DNA of 64,000 bases from Verrucomicrobiota bacterium (GCA_039798785.1 JBDKFG010000015.1:1-64000); one strand, 5' to 3'; shown: positions 49,459 through 60,185, counted from the stretch's first letter. Numbers and translations: made by a program. Notes: generated by a model from the sequence alone, not told the origin.

Positions 49459-50454
49459 TCAAACGCAGAGCAGCGCCGCGCCGATGCCGCCGGCGGAGTC
49501 GCCGAGCTGGTGTTTGTAGATCTTGGGCGAGTAGCCGGGGGTGTAGGTTTCGCGGGCGATGAGAGCCTCGAGGCCTTCGTAGATGGCGGGCTGCTTGGAG
49601 AGGCCGCCGCCGCAGACGATGTAGTCGAGGTCGAGGAGGTTGCTGAGGTTGGCGAAGAACTTGGCGAGTTGGCGCTGGTGTTGTTTGACCACGGCGATGG
49701 CGAGGGGCTCCTTGGCGGCGGCCATCTCGAAGATTTGGTGGGCGGCGGGGCGCTCGGCGATCTGCGAGTACAGGCGGGCGGCGTAGGCGCCTTCGAGGGC
49801 GGGGCCGGAGAGATACATTTCGGTGCAGCCGTTTTTGCCGCAGTAGCAGGCGTGGCCGCCGGTGACCAGCTCGGTGTGACCGACTTCGCCGGCAGCGCCG
49901 TTGCGGCCGGTGATCACGGTGGAGCCGAGGCAGAGGCCGCCGCCGACGCCGGTGCCGAGGATGACGCCGAGAGCGAGTTGCTTGTTGAGCGGGCGGCCGG
50001 TGTCGCGGCGGTATTGGACGCCGGCGCCGGCGAGCACTTCGGCGAGGGCGAAGCAGTTGGCGTCGTTGTCGACTTCGACCCGGGTGCCGCCGAGGAGACG
50101 GGAGAGGTCGCCGGTGATGTCGCGGCCGACGAAGATCTGGGTGTTGCCGTTCATCATGGTTTTGCGGACCGGGCAGACCGTGCCGGGCAGGCCGATGCCG
50201 ATGCCTTTGAGATCAGAAACGGCGATGCCTCCTTCTTCGCAGGTGCTGCGCACCAGGGCGGCGAAGTTGTCCATCACTTTTTCGTAGCCGAGGGCGCGCT
50301 CGGTCGGGCAGCGTTTGACCGCGACGCGGCGCAGGTAGCGGGTGCCGCCGCCGAGGCTCATCTCCAGGCACTCGCCGCCGGAAGGCTGCTCAAGGACCTG
50401 GAAGATGGAGAATTCGATCTTGGTGCCGCCGATGTCCGTGCCGCCGATGTACAT
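49459..50454 (-). CDS. ROK family sugar kinase
   Basis: DIGGTKI, GIGLPG, DNDANCFALAE, LGTGVGGG, GEVGH, CYCG..GC.E, GGGLS. Confidence 0.93.
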   Translation of the reverse strand: MYIGGTDIGGTKIEFSIFQVLEQPSGGECLEMSLGGGTRYLRRVAVKRCPTERALGYEKVMDNFAALVRSTCEEGGIAVSDLKGIGIGLPGTVCPVRKTMMNGNTQIFVGRDITGDLSRLLGGTRVEVDNDANCFALAEVLAGAGVQYRRDTGRPLNKQLALGVILGTGVGGGLCLGSTVITGRNGAAGEVGHTELVTGGHACYCGKNGCTEMYLSGPALEGAYAARLYSQIAERPAAHQIFEMAAAKEPLAIAVVKQHQRQLAKFFANLSNLLDLDYIVCGGGLSKQPAIYEGLEALIARETYTPGYSPKIYKHQLGDSAGGIGAALLCV

Positions 50455-50731
50455 GAGGGGGGGGTCCTTGAAATGGTTTGGGTTTCGAAACGCCGCAATC
50501 TAGCGCCCGCCCCGGCAAAATCACCCGGGGCGCGCAGCGGGATGTGTCACGGGACGAGACTCCATCAACCTCGTCGGTGCTTGCTGGGGTGATCACCGCA
50601 TGATCCATACAGAGAAAGACAACCCGTGCTTGCTTCCTCCAAATCCATCTCGTCTCCTTCACCGCGAATTCACAGAGGAGCACATCGTTGCCTGCGTTCG
50701 GCTTTTAGCTTGTGTCGAAGAGAAAATCTCC

Positions 50732-51394
50732 ATGCCCGCGACCTTGTCTCACGCCGCTTTTGCCTTGCTCCTGCCTCGCCGGATTTCGATTTCGGCGCGG
50801 ATCGCCTTTGCTTGCGGCAGCGTCGCACCCGACTTGCCTTACGCCGCAGCGGCCTGGGAGGCGGCGAGGTGGAGCCATTCGCCCCTTGGCGGGATACTCC
50901 TCGCCTGGCCCCTGGCGCTGCTTCTCACCTTGCTGATCGGACTCGCCGCGCCGAGTTTTCTCAGCGGCTTGCCGCCTGCTTGGCGGATGCGGGCGCCGCA
51001 AAGACCGGGGACGCGCCGGGAATGGCTGGCCATCTTCGTCTTTGCCGGCCTCGGTGTCGCGGCACATTCCGGCCTCGACGCCTTCACTCATTCCGAGGGA
51101 GCTATGGTCGATCTTCTCCCCTTCTTGTCATGCGGTCCCTGGCCCTTGCACAAAGCGCTGCAATACGGCTTGTCGCTGCTCGGGGTCTTGCTTCTCCTCG
51201 GCGCTGCCCGGACGCGCCCTTGGCCTCAGGTTTCGGACTTCATTCCCTGGCTCTGGCTCTTCAGCCTGCCCTTGTGGCCGCTGCCGCTGCTCCAGTCCCT
51301 CAGCCTCGCACCTTGGCTGGTCCTGCTGCAATTGACCGTGAGCGGGATCAGAAACGCTGGGCGTGCTCGCAGCGGCGACAGAGATCCTCACTGA
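50732..51394 (+). CDS. DUF4184 family membrane protein
   Basis: MP.T.SH, GS.APD..Y, SH, H..LDAFTH, LQY..S. The 3' end overlaps the convergent gene. Confidence 0.75.
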   Translation: MPATLSHAAFALLLPRRISISARIAFACGSVAPDLPYAAAAWEAARWSHSPLGGILLAWPLALLLTLLIGLAAPSFLSGLPPAWRMRAPQRPGTRREWLAIFVFAGLGVAAHSGLDAFTHSEGAMVDLLPFLSCGPWPLHKALQYGLSLLGVLLLLGAARTRPWPQVSDFIPWLWLFSLPLWPLPLLQSLSLAPWLVLLQLTVSGIRNAGRARSGDRDPH

Positions 51395-52232
51395 GCTCGT
51401 GACGGCGGAAACCTTCGATCAAAGCGCTGGCGCGGGGGGCGGCGAGGATTTCGGCACAGGAATTTTTCTTGGCGTCGCCGAGATCGATGATCCCTTCCGC
51501 GTCCATGCAGCAGGGGCTGACCCGTCCGTCGGCGAGGATCGCGAGCATGTCGCGGCCGCCGCGGCAAGTGCCGTGGCGGTGCTTCTCCGGCCCCTCCAGG
51601 CTGGGCCACTCGAAGCGCGGCGACAGATGCAGGAACTGCCTCCCCCGCAAAAGGTTGCCGTTGGGACTGAGGATCCGAAGAGCGTCGTCGCCGAGGGCGA
51701 AGTGGCGGCGGAGGGTGTCGAGCTGGACCCGGTTGATTTCGAGGACGGCGGCGGGATCGCTGCCGTTCCAGAAGCGCAGGTTGACATTGAGCTCCGGCCT
51801 TTCCTGGGCGGCACGATCGCAGAAGGCGAGGATGCGGCTGAGGTAGACCGAGTCATCCTTGTCCTCGCCGAAGCTGCCGCGGAAGCTTTGGAGGGACAGA
51901 TTGACCTGGCGGACGGCGGGGTGGAGCAAGGCGGCCTGATGCTCGGGGCTCATCAAGGTGCCATTGCTGGTGATGGCGGCTTCGGAGCCATGCTGGCCGA
52001 GGATTTCGAGGAAGCGCCGGATTTGCGGGTGGCGCAAAGGTTCGCCCATGACGTGGAGGCAGAAGAGGCGGGTCGTGGGGGCCAATTCGGCAACGACTTT
52101 CTCGAAGAGCGCTTCGTCCATGTGGGCAGCAGGACGCACCAGGCTCGATTGCGGGCAGAAGGAGCAGGTGAGGTTGCAGCCGTTGCTGATCTCGAGGTAA
52201 ACTTTTTTAAAGCGGCGGCGGGAGAGATTCAA
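51348..52232 (-). CDS. Radical SAM/SPASM-twitch domain protein
   Basis: CNLTCSFC, HVMGEPL, C-terminal C..G....ILADG.VSPCC.D...C..C. Confidence 0.9.
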   Translation of the reverse strand: MNLSRRRFKKVYLEISNGCNLTCSFCPQSSLVRPAAHMDEALFEKVVAELAPTTRLFCLHVMGEPLRHPQIRRFLEILGQHGSEAAITSNGTLMSPEHQAALLHPAVRQVNLSLQSFRGSFGEDKDDSVYLSRILAFCDRAAQERPELNVNLRFWNGSDPAAVLEINRVQLDTLRRHFALGDDALRILSPNGNLLRGRQFLHLSPRFEWPSLEGPEKHRHGTCRGGRDMLAILADGRVSPCCMDAEGIIDLGDAKKNSCAEILAAPRASALIEGFRRHELSEDLCRRCEHAQRF

Positions 52233-52250
52233 AGGTGGATTTCCTGAAGT

Positions 52251-52631
52251 TCAGAGTTCAAGGAGCGCGTTGACCTTCGCTTGCAGTTCGACCGGACTGA
52301 AAGGCTTGGCGAGAAAATCGACAGGGCCGTAGACTCGATATTGACTCTGGCGAGCATCGAGATCGGGAACCGCGCTTATCACCAGGACCGGAATGCCGGC
52401 TCCTTGAGAACGGAGAGCCGCCAGCACTCCGAGCCCGTCAAGGCGAGGCATGACGATGTCGAGAATGACAATGCGTATGCTATCCCGATGCATCTGCCAA
52501 TACTCCATGCCGCTGATCCCGTTGCCGCTGCGGTGCACCTTGTGGCCGAGACGGTTGAGAAGAAGTTCGATGAGTGCGGCGATGCTCGGTTCATCATCGA
52601 TGATGAGAATGTCTGGCTTGCTGGCATCCAT
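52251..52631 (-). CDS. Single-domain response regulator
   Basis: ILIIDDE, LDIVMP..DG, ISA, KPF. Confidence 0.9.
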   Translation of the reverse strand: MDASKPDILIIDDEPSIAALIELLLNRLGHKVHRSGNGISGMEYWQMHRDSIRIVILDIVMPRLDGLGVLAALRSQGAGIPVLVISAVPDLDARQSQYRVYGPVDFLAKPFSPVELQAKVNALLEL

Positions 52632-52795
52632 GGAAACGCCCCCGGGTTGAACGTGGAAAGCTAACCCTCAAACAGCGTCCTGAGCAAGATGCGACGCGGG
52701 AAAAGCCGGGGAATTTGCCGACAGGGGCTTCTGCCTCTGTTTTTTTGCCCTGACGCGTGTATTTCAGTCAACAGCAGCATTGAGGAAGATTCAGC

Positions 52796-53044
52796 ATGTC
52801 CGAAATCAAATTCCCCGTCGACTGGCACTTCAAGATCATCGGCCTCGCCAGTGCCGATCTCGCTTCTCCATTGGCGGAGGTGCTGCACAAACACGGCTGT
52901 TCAGCCGTTCCGGTGGCGGGCTCGATTTCCAGCAACGGCAACTACCGCACCTGGAACGTCAGCGTCGTCTTCCTGGACCGTGCCCACATGGAGACGATGA
53001 GCCAGGCCCTGGCTCAAGTCCCCGGCGTCAAGATGGTGCTGTGA
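52796..53044 (+). CDS. DUF493/YbeD-like protein
   Basis: IKFP..W.FKIIG, SS.GNY, L..V.GVKMVL. 82 aa. Confidence 0.85.
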   Translation: MSEIKFPVDWHFKIIGLASADLASPLAEVLHKHGCSAVPVAGSISSNGNYRTWNVSVVFLDRAHMETMSQALAQVPGVKMVL

Positions 53045-53167
53045 AGAAACACGCTTGCCAGGCGAGAGGCAAGCAGCCGCGTCCTCGACGCAGTGACTTC
53101 AGACTCAGTGACTCAGTTGTCACACCACGGTCTTAAACCTTCCAACTCATTACAAGCCTTGCATCCC

Positions 53168-54478
53168 ATGACACAGCCCAGCACACTCTTCCCTTGGAAA
53201 CAGGTTCACTTCGTCGGCATCGGCGGCGTCGGGATGAGCGGCTTGGCGCGTCTGCTCCTGGCCGAGGGCGTCGGGGTTTCCGGATCCGATTTGGAAGACA
53301 GCTCTTACACCCGACGTCTCCGGGCGATGGGAGCGGAAATCGCCATCGGCGCCCACGCAGCCGAGCATGTTCCGCCGGGCACGGATCTCCTGGTTTATTC
53401 ATCTGCGGTGAGCGCAGAAAATCCCGAACGCCTGAAAGCGCAGTCGCTAGGCATCCGGCAAAACCGCCGCGGCGAATTCCTCGCCGAACTGGCGACCTTT
53501 TTTCCCCGCCTTATCGCCGTCGGCGGCTCCCACGGCAAGACCAGCTGCACCTCGATGATCGCCTGGGTGCTGAAGGAATGCCGCGTCCCCGCCTGCTGGA
53601 TCATCGGCGGCGAACCGATCGGCCTCGAACCCGCGGGACACTGCCCCGGTGCCGAGATCCTGGTCACCGAAGCGGATGAGTCCGACGGCACCCTCGCCTG
53701 CCTTCAGCCGGAAATCGGCCTCCTCCTCAATGCCGAAGACGACCATTCCTGGTCGAACGGCGGCGAATCCGGCCTCGCCCTCGCCTTCCGCCGCTTCTGT
53801 CTGAATTCCCGCCATCTGGTCTACGGACGCGGCGGCATGGCTGATGCCGCGGCCGAAGGGCTCGATCAAGCGATCGCTCTCGATCCGCACGATCCGAGCA
53901 TCGGCGTCGAAGTGCCTCAACTTGGCCGCCACAACCGCTTCAACGCCCGTGTCGCCCTCCTCGCGGCCTTGCAGCTCGGGGTCGAAGAATCCGCCGCCCG
54001 CGCCGCCCTGGCCCGATTCCCGGGGGTGAAACGCCGCGCCACCATCCACCTGCAACGTCCCGGCCTGACCTTGATCGAGGATTACGCCCACCACCCGACC
54101 GAGCTCAAGGCCTTTGTCCAATCCCTTGCCGAAGCCCGCCCCGGCGCCTTCGTCATCGCCATCTTCCAGGCCCACCGCTACGAGCGAGTCGAGAAATACG
54201 GCGACGAGTTCGCCGTGATCCTGCGCGCCTTCGACCGGGTCCTTTACACCCCGCCCTTCGCCGCCTGGATCCCGCACGACCAGGTGCCGCCGATGCAGCG
54301 CCTCGCCGACATCACCGGCTCCACCGCGGAAGTTCTCGAAGGGGAAGATTGGCAGGCCCACGCCGGGAACCTCCTGGCACAAGTGCCGGCCGGACGCGAT
54401 GTCGTCATCGCGGTGATCGGCGCCGCTACCGTCACCCGCGTCATCCCGCACCTGCTGCAGCGCTTGGCAAGTCCGTGA
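53168..54478 (+). CDS. murC: UDP-N-acetylmuramate--L-alanine ligase
   Basis: HFVGIGGVGMSGLA, VYSSAV, GSHGKT, EADESDG, G.HN..NA, F.GVKRR, DYAHHPTE, FQ.HRY. Confidence 0.92.
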   Translation: MTQPSTLFPWKQVHFVGIGGVGMSGLARLLLAEGVGVSGSDLEDSSYTRRLRAMGAEIAIGAHAAEHVPPGTDLLVYSSAVSAENPERLKAQSLGIRQNRRGEFLAELATFFPRLIAVGGSHGKTSCTSMIAWVLKECRVPACWIIGGEPIGLEPAGHCPGAEILVTEADESDGTLACLQPEIGLLLNAEDDHSWSNGGESGLALAFRRFCLNSRHLVYGRGGMADAAAEGLDQAIALDPHDPSIGVEVPQLGRHNRFNARVALLAALQLGVEESAARAALARFPGVKRRATIHLQRPGLTLIEDYAHHPTELKAFVQSLAEARPGAFVIAIFQAHRYERVEKYGDEFAVILRAFDRVLYTPPFAAWIPHDQVPPMQRLADITGSTAEVLEGEDWQAHAGNLLAQVPAGRDVVIAVIGAATVTRVIPHLLQRLASP

Positions 54479-54542
54479 TCCGAAAAGGTAATTTCCCTGC
54501 CACGTGCTAGGGTTCGCCCAATCACCCAAGGCTGAAAAAAAA

Positions 54543-56453
54543 ATGGCTGAAGAAAAATCCGTTCTCGGAAAGATGATGAAGCTCGGCAAGTCGCTCTTCG
54601 GCAATGCCGAAGAGGCGCCGGAAGAAGCGGCACCAGCGCCCAAGGCACCGCCACCTCCCGGGACGCCACTGCGCAAGGCGATCCCCATCGCCAAACCCTT
54701 TGCCGAGCCTCCTCCCCCGCCTGCCGCCAAACCGGATCGGACGCCCGCCCTTCTCGCCAAGTTCGAGGCCATCCGCAGCGCCCGAGATCTGCGGAAGGCT
54801 CGTAAACCCCTGCGGCCTATCACCCGTTTGCCCGACCAGGAGGAGCGACTCAAACAATTCGAAATCGCCATGTCGGTCAAAATCCTCCGTCAACCGGAAT
54901 TGCCGGTGGCCGAAGAAACGTCGGAATCGAAGCCGCCTGCGGCCGCGGCAGAAATCGAATTGCCGCCGGAAGTCACCCCCTGGATCCCTCTCGCAATGAG
55001 CCTGCTCAAACCGATCCCCCCTCCTTTGACACTGGACGAAGAAGAGATCAAGGCCCGCAAGGAACGGCTCCAGGAAGTGCTCGACAGCTTCCGCATCGAC
55101 GCCCAGGTGAACAGCGCGATCAAAGGCCCTAGCGTCACCCGGATCGACATCCGCCCGGCTCCGGGCATCGGGGTCGACCAGGTCGGCGCCTTGTCACGCA
55201 ACATGGCGATGGAGCTGCGGGTCGAGAGCCTGCGTGTGCTGGCTCCGGTGCCGGGCCAGCCCTACGTCGGAATTGAGATCCCCAATGCCAGCCGCGAACG
55301 CGTCTCCTTCGCCCAGATGCTCGATTCGCCCGAGTTCCGCGATCCCCGCAAACTCCTGCCGATCGCCCTTGGCAAGGCGACCGACGGCTCGATCAACATC
55401 CTCGATCTGGCCAAGGCGCCGCACCTCCTGGTCGCCGGCGCCACCGGCTCGGGCAAATCGGTCTTCATCAACGCCCTTGTCGCGTCGCTCCTGATGCGAC
55501 ACGGCCCCGACGAGCTCCGCCTCGTCATGGTCGACCCGAAGGTGGTCGAACTCACCGCTTTCGAAAAGCTGCCGCACCTCGCCTGGCCGCTGGTCACCGA
55601 TCACACCAAGGCCGCCGGCATCCTCCGCTGGCTGGTCTGGGAGATGGAACGCCGCTACAAAACCCTCGCCGCTTGCGCCTGCCGCAACCTCGAAGGCTTC
55701 AACGCCCGGACCCCGATTCCGGATCAGAAGGACGCCGAAGGCAAAGTCATTCCCGCCCGCCTGCCCTTCATCGTCCTGATCATCGACGAACTCGCCGACC
55801 TGATGATGGCGACCCGCAACGAGGTCGAAACCTCTCTCGCCCGCCTCGCCCAGAAATCCCGCGCCATCGGCATTCACGTCGTCGTCGCCACCCAGCGCCC
55901 CAGCGTCGATGTCCTCACCGGCGTGATCAAGGCGAACTTCCCCACCCGCATCGCCTTCCAGGTCGCCTCTCAAATCGACTCGCGGACGATTCTCGACGGC
56001 AAAGGCGCCGAATCCCTTCTCGGCCGAGGCGACCTGCTTTTCCGTCCCCCGGGCGCCGGCGGCATCGACCGTCTCCAGGGATGCCTCGTCGAAGATTCGG
56101 AAATCGAAGCCATCGTGGCCGCCTGCGTATCTCAGCGCCCGCAGATCTTCATGACCGAGATCGCCAAGCAGATCGAGGAGCCCCCGGCCGCCGACAGCAA
56201 GGGCAAAAGCAAAGGGAAAGGCAAGGACGCTGAAGGCGGCGGCGACGATGAGGGCGAAGCAGCCGAACTCTTCGAGCAAGCGCGCTCCCTGGTGGTGCGC
56301 GACCGCAAGGCCAGCACCTCCTATCTGCAGCGCCGTCTCAAGGTCGGCTACAACCGCGCCGCAGACCTGATCGACCAGCTCGAAGCCGCGGGTGTCATCG
56401 GACCTCAGACCACGTCTGGCGGCACTCGAGAAATCCTGATCGACAGGGAGTGA
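54543..56453 (+). CDS. ftsK: DNA translocase FtsK (motor and gamma domains, no N-terminal TM domain)
   Basis: PHLLVAGATGSGKSV, DPK.VEL, IDELADLMM, ATQRPS, GAESLLG.GD, SYLQRRL.VGYNRAA. Confidence 0.93.
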   Translation: MAEEKSVLGKMMKLGKSLFGNAEEAPEEAAPAPKAPPPPGTPLRKAIPIAKPFAEPPPPPAAKPDRTPALLAKFEAIRSARDLRKARKPLRPITRLPDQEERLKQFEIAMSVKILRQPELPVAEETSESKPPAAAAEIELPPEVTPWIPLAMSLLKPIPPPLTLDEEEIKARKERLQEVLDSFRIDAQVNSAIKGPSVTRIDIRPAPGIGVDQVGALSRNMAMELRVESLRVLAPVPGQPYVGIEIPNASRERVSFAQMLDSPEFRDPRKLLPIALGKATDGSINILDLAKAPHLLVAGATGSGKSVFINALVASLLMRHGPDELRLVMVDPKVVELTAFEKLPHLAWPLVTDHTKAAGILRWLVWEMERRYKTLAACACRNLEGFNARTPIPDQKDAEGKVIPARLPFIVLIIDELADLMMATRNEVETSLARLAQKSRAIGIHVVVATQRPSVDVLTGVIKANFPTRIAFQVASQIDSRTILDGKGAESLLGRGDLLFRPPGAGGIDRLQGCLVEDSEIEAIVAACVSQRPQIFMTEIAKQIEEPPAADSKGKSKGKGKDAEGGGDDEGEAAELFEQARSLVVRDRKASTSYLQRRLKVGYNRAADLIDQLEAAGVIGPQTTSGGTREILIDRE

Positions 56454-56550
56454 GTGCAGATCGCAGCCATACTCGCAGGCCGGGGGGACGCCGCGCCCCG
56501 GCTGCGGCTCCAAGCTTTCACCTTACAACTTTAATCAACGGGCTCCTTCC

Positions 56551-58929
56551 ATGACCCACCCCATGCACCGGCCGATTCTGGCGATGCAGCTCTGCCTGCT
56601 CTTTTTCGCCTACCCACTGCTGCTGGTCTCGCCTGTGGGCACTGGCTGGATCCTGGATCAAACCACGCTGCGGCTTCCGGTGGTGTTGCTGGCGGGAGCC
56701 CTCGCCGGGATCTGGCTCCTGCGGGTATCGCCCCCCCAGAAAGGCCCACTGCTTGGAGTTGCGGTCGCCTATTCGGTCTGGACATTGTGCGGTTCATGGA
56801 TGTCGCCGCGCTTCCATCTCGAGGCCGTCCTCAACGCCTTGGCCTGGCCTTGGATCCTGCTGCAGTTCGCCCTGGTTGCGCGGCAGGATCTCCGCGGCCT
56901 GCTGCATCTGCTGCGCCGCGCATGCTCCCTCATCTTCCTGATTTCATGCCTTCATTCGTGGATCAGCCTGTATTTCTACACTCGCGCTCCGGGAAGCGAT
57001 TGGCTTGATCACCCCTTGGTCGGTCTTGCCGGCAATCCCAACTGGCATGCTGCGCTGCTTCTCGCCTGTTCCTTCCCCTTCGTCGTCGAGCTTCGAGGTT
57101 TATTGCCGCAACGCCGCTGGAGCTGGCCCTGCGCCGCCGGCCTGACCGCGGCCCTCGGCCTGATCCCTCTGCTGAACTGCTCTTGGCGCAGCGGCCTGCT
57201 GGTCCTGCCGGTCCTCGCCGTCTGGGCCCTCTGTCTGCGCCTGCCCCCCGCTCGCCGCCTCCCGGCACTCTTGCTGATGGCGATGGCAAGCGGTGCCGCC
57301 GCGATGATCCTGATGCAGAGGCCGGAAATCCGTGAGAGGTACGAGCTGATCAAGCTCCAGGATGTACGAGGCCCCTTGTGGAGCCTGTCGCTATCCATGA
57401 GCCGTGAGAAGGCACTCCTTGGGCAAGGCGCTGGGAACTTCCAGCGCGAAGCGAGCCGCTTCGACAGCCCGGAGCACATGCTGAAACTCAACGCGCCTGA
57501 CTTTCACGAGCACCCGCACAATGAGGTTCTGCGGGTCGCCTGTGAACAGGGCTGGCTGACGGCACTTCTCTGGCTCGTCCTGATCTCCTGGGCCTTCAGC
57601 CGGCCGCCGCCTCCAGGCGCCCGCTGCCTCGCCGCAGCGGCGTTGGTGCTGCTCATCGCCGGCTTCACCGACAAGGCACTCCACATGCCGCCGGGCAGCC
57701 TCCTCTTCCCGATCCTGATCGGCGCACTCCTCTTCCGCCGGGCTCGCCCGTCCTCGCAGGAACTGCCGTTGCTGCTGCGTTTTGCCGCCACGGCGCTTCT
57801 TGCCGGACTCGCCTTGGCCCTGGCCTGGCTCGTGCTCTCCGGAACTCATCACAAACGCCTCGGCGACCGGGCCTTCTCAGAAGCTCGCGCCGCCGAGCTC
57901 CGCGGCGAGGCGGGCGCCGCCGGGCTTCTCTTGCGCCAAGCCGCCGACGACTACGGCCGCGCCGCCCTCATCCTGTATTGGGATGTCGAAGCCCCCTTCC
58001 TCGCGGCCCGCGTCCATCTGATGAATCTCCGCAACGCCGAAAACGGCCTCCCCTGGCTGGAGCGCAGCGAAAATCTCGAAGCAAGCTACGCCCAGAGCGG
58101 ACGCTTGCGCCACCTCTATCACCGGCTCATCGCCGACAGCTTGCCGCCCGGCCCCCAGCGGCAGCAGCAGTTGGAATCGGCCCTCCAATCCTTGATCGAG
58201 GAAATCCAACGGCATCAAGGCAACGTCAATCTCGCCTACGAACTGTATCAGTTCCTCGCCCTCTCCGGCGGCAAGCCGGATGAAGGCTGGAAGGCTTTCA
58301 TCGACATCGCCGCCAGCCGCGGACAACAAAAACTGGCACTGATGCGCTGCGACGCGACAGAACTCCGACAGCAAATCCGCCAGGGCTCCGGCGAGGAGCT
58401 GTCGCGCCTCAATCACCTCTTCGCCGCGGTCCGCTTCCTGGGGGGAGTCGACCCCTCCTTAAACGGCCTCCCCGTCAACCAGGAATTCATCGCCGAAAGC
58501 TTCGAACCCGTGTTCACACCTGCCGATCTCGTCTATTTCCGCGAGCGGCTGGCCCTTTCGGATCTCCTCGATAAAACCGGTCGCACGGAAGCCGCAGTGC
58601 AGCAACTGATGGCGCAAATCCAGATCGATCACGCCGCCCCCTTCACACGTCCCGGAACCACTCAGCGCCTCGGACGAGGCAGTCAATTGAGTCGATTCTG
58701 TCTCGAGGCCGAGCTCCGACGCCAAGCCGGACTCGGGGAGTTCCGGGCGCCCGCCGGTGAGGTCGCCCTCATCTGGGCCTACCCGGAGGAGTGGGCGCCA
58801 CGCAACGCAGCCCTTGCGGCAATCCTCAATCTGCCAAGCTTCGAAGGACCGGCTCTCCGACTCCACCGCATGCACCAAAGCGGAATCAGACAGGTCTCCT
58901 TCGTCCCCGCAGCTTTCCAGGGGCGCTAA
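56551..58929 (+). CDS. O-antigen ligase/Wzy_C family membrane protein with long helical C-terminal domain
   Basis: Many TM helices, GNPN, R..LW, G.G.GNF, HPHNE.L....E.G. Confidence 0.8.
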   Translation: MTHPMHRPILAMQLCLLFFAYPLLLVSPVGTGWILDQTTLRLPVVLLAGALAGIWLLRVSPPQKGPLLGVAVAYSVWTLCGSWMSPRFHLEAVLNALAWPWILLQFALVARQDLRGLLHLLRRACSLIFLISCLHSWISLYFYTRAPGSDWLDHPLVGLAGNPNWHAALLLACSFPFVVELRGLLPQRRWSWPCAAGLTAALGLIPLLNCSWRSGLLVLPVLAVWALCLRLPPARRLPALLLMAMASGAAAMILMQRPEIRERYELIKLQDVRGPLWSLSLSMSREKALLGQGAGNFQREASRFDSPEHMLKLNAPDFHEHPHNEVLRVACEQGWLTALLWLVLISWAFSRPPPPGARCLAAAALVLLIAGFTDKALHMPPGSLLFPILIGALLFRRARPSSQELPLLLRFAATALLAGLALALAWLVLSGTHHKRLGDRAFSEARAAELRGEAGAAGLLLRQAADDYGRAALILYWDVEAPFLAARVHLMNLRNAENGLPWLERSENLEASYAQSGRLRHLYHRLIADSLPPGPQRQQQLESALQSLIEEIQRHQGNVNLAYELYQFLALSGGKPDEGWKAFIDIAASRGQQKLALMRCDATELRQQIRQGSGEELSRLNHLFAAVRFLGGVDPSLNGLPVNQEFIAESFEPVFTPADLVYFRERLALSDLLDKTGRTEAAVQQLMAQIQIDHAAPFTRPGTTQRLGRGSQLSRFCLEAELRRQAGLGEFRAPAGEVALIWAYPEEWAPRNAALAAILNLPSFEGPALRLHRMHQSGIRQVSFVPAAFQGR

Positions 58930-59471
58930 AGCCAGCTAGACAAATTGCTCCTACATACATTTCATCCTGAAAACCGCAGTTGAAAAGTTCAAAGGTTGAA
59001 AAGTCGGATCTCCCAGGAGTTTTGTGGGTTGGCCCTGACCCCAAGGGGGGCACGGAGCCGCAGGACACATCTGTAGAATCAGGTTCATGCCATCCCTCCC
59101 CCCCATTGCGTCATAAACACCAAGCCAATCAAATCTTTTTCTTTTGGGGGATTGGCGTATAAGCACAAATATTATATATTGTGCGCAAAATAAATCAAAT
59201 ACTGGCCTGACGGCAGGGAGCCTGAATGAAAAGAAGCCAGACGAGCTCGTTAACAAGAGGCGACGCTGCAGCGCAGAGACGCAAGTGCAAAACCGAGCAG
59301 GACTACTCGGCTCAAACCAAATCGATAACTCCTTGTTTCTGCTGCAAATCTTTCAGTCTTTGACTCTTTCCGGATATCCACTTGGCTTAAATAAAACACG
59401 GAACTCATCGGCGAGATTTCAGGACGAGGCGCGAAATACAGATTTCACAAAACAAGAACAAGGATGCCCCC

Positions 59472-60185
59472 ATGATCCGGATTGGAATCACCTGGTGCGA
59501 CAATCTCCTCACCCAGAGCCATTACACCCAATGGATTTCCGCCGGAGATCCAGAGATCGAAGTCATCACTCTCAACTACGAGCAATCCCAGCCGGAGGAG
59601 GTTCTCCGATGCGACGGCCTGCTGATATCCGGAGGTGTTGACATCGAGCCTGAAAGGCACGGCCAGAAGCGCGGCTATGCAGGCCAGCCGGATCGTTTCG
59701 ATCCGCAACGGGACGAATTTGAATTCCGTCTTTTCGAACTGAGCCGGAAACACGCCATGCCACTGCTGGGCGTCTGCCGTGGCATGCAACTGATCAACTG
59801 CGCTCTGGGCGGCTCACTCCACCTCGACAACGGAGACGAAGCGAATCTGCTGCACTGCTCGGAAAACTACAGAAGCTTCCATTGTGTCGACGTCGCACCG
59901 TCCACCCTGCTGCAGCAGATCTGCAATACCCCGCAAATCCTGGTCAACAGCCAGCATCATCAGTCGATCGCAAGGCTCGGCAGTGACTTGGTCGCCAACT
60001 GTCATTTCCAGGGGGTGATCGAAGGGATCGAATGGCGGGCCCCTGCCGGCAAGCCCTTCCTTCTCGGCGTGCAGTGGCATCCGGAAGCGATGAGCAAGTA
60101 CGGCGCCGGCTCCCTCCCCGGCGCCAAGGCGATCAGGCAGAGCTTCCTCACCGCCGTCCAAGACCAAGCTGCAGGTGCCTCATGA
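59472..60185 (+). CDS. Glutamine amidotransferase, peptidase C26/PuuD family
   Basis: GLLISGG.D, RD.FE, LGVCRG.Q, NS.HHQ, GVQWHPE. Confidence 0.92.
   Translation: MIRIGITWCDNLLTQSHYTQWISAGDPEIEVITLNYEQSQPEEVLRCDGLLISGGVDIEPERHGQKRGYAGQPDRFDPQRDEFEFRLFELSRKHAMPLLGVCRGMQLINCALGGSLHLDNGDEANLLHCSENYRSFHCVDVAPSTLLQQICNTPQILVNSQHHQSIARLGSDLVANCHFQGVIEGIEWRAPAGKPFLLGVQWHPEAMSKYGAGSLPGAKAIRQSFLTAVQDQAAGAS

Noticed and set aside
53091..53122. CAGTGACT-like short repeats upstream of murC
   Set aside because: Too degenerate, with no clear inverted arm, to include in the hairpin family.
59144..59641. 165-aa ORF in the AT-rich region
   Set aside because: Atypical composition, no motifs, and an out-of-frame overlap with the C26 gene.
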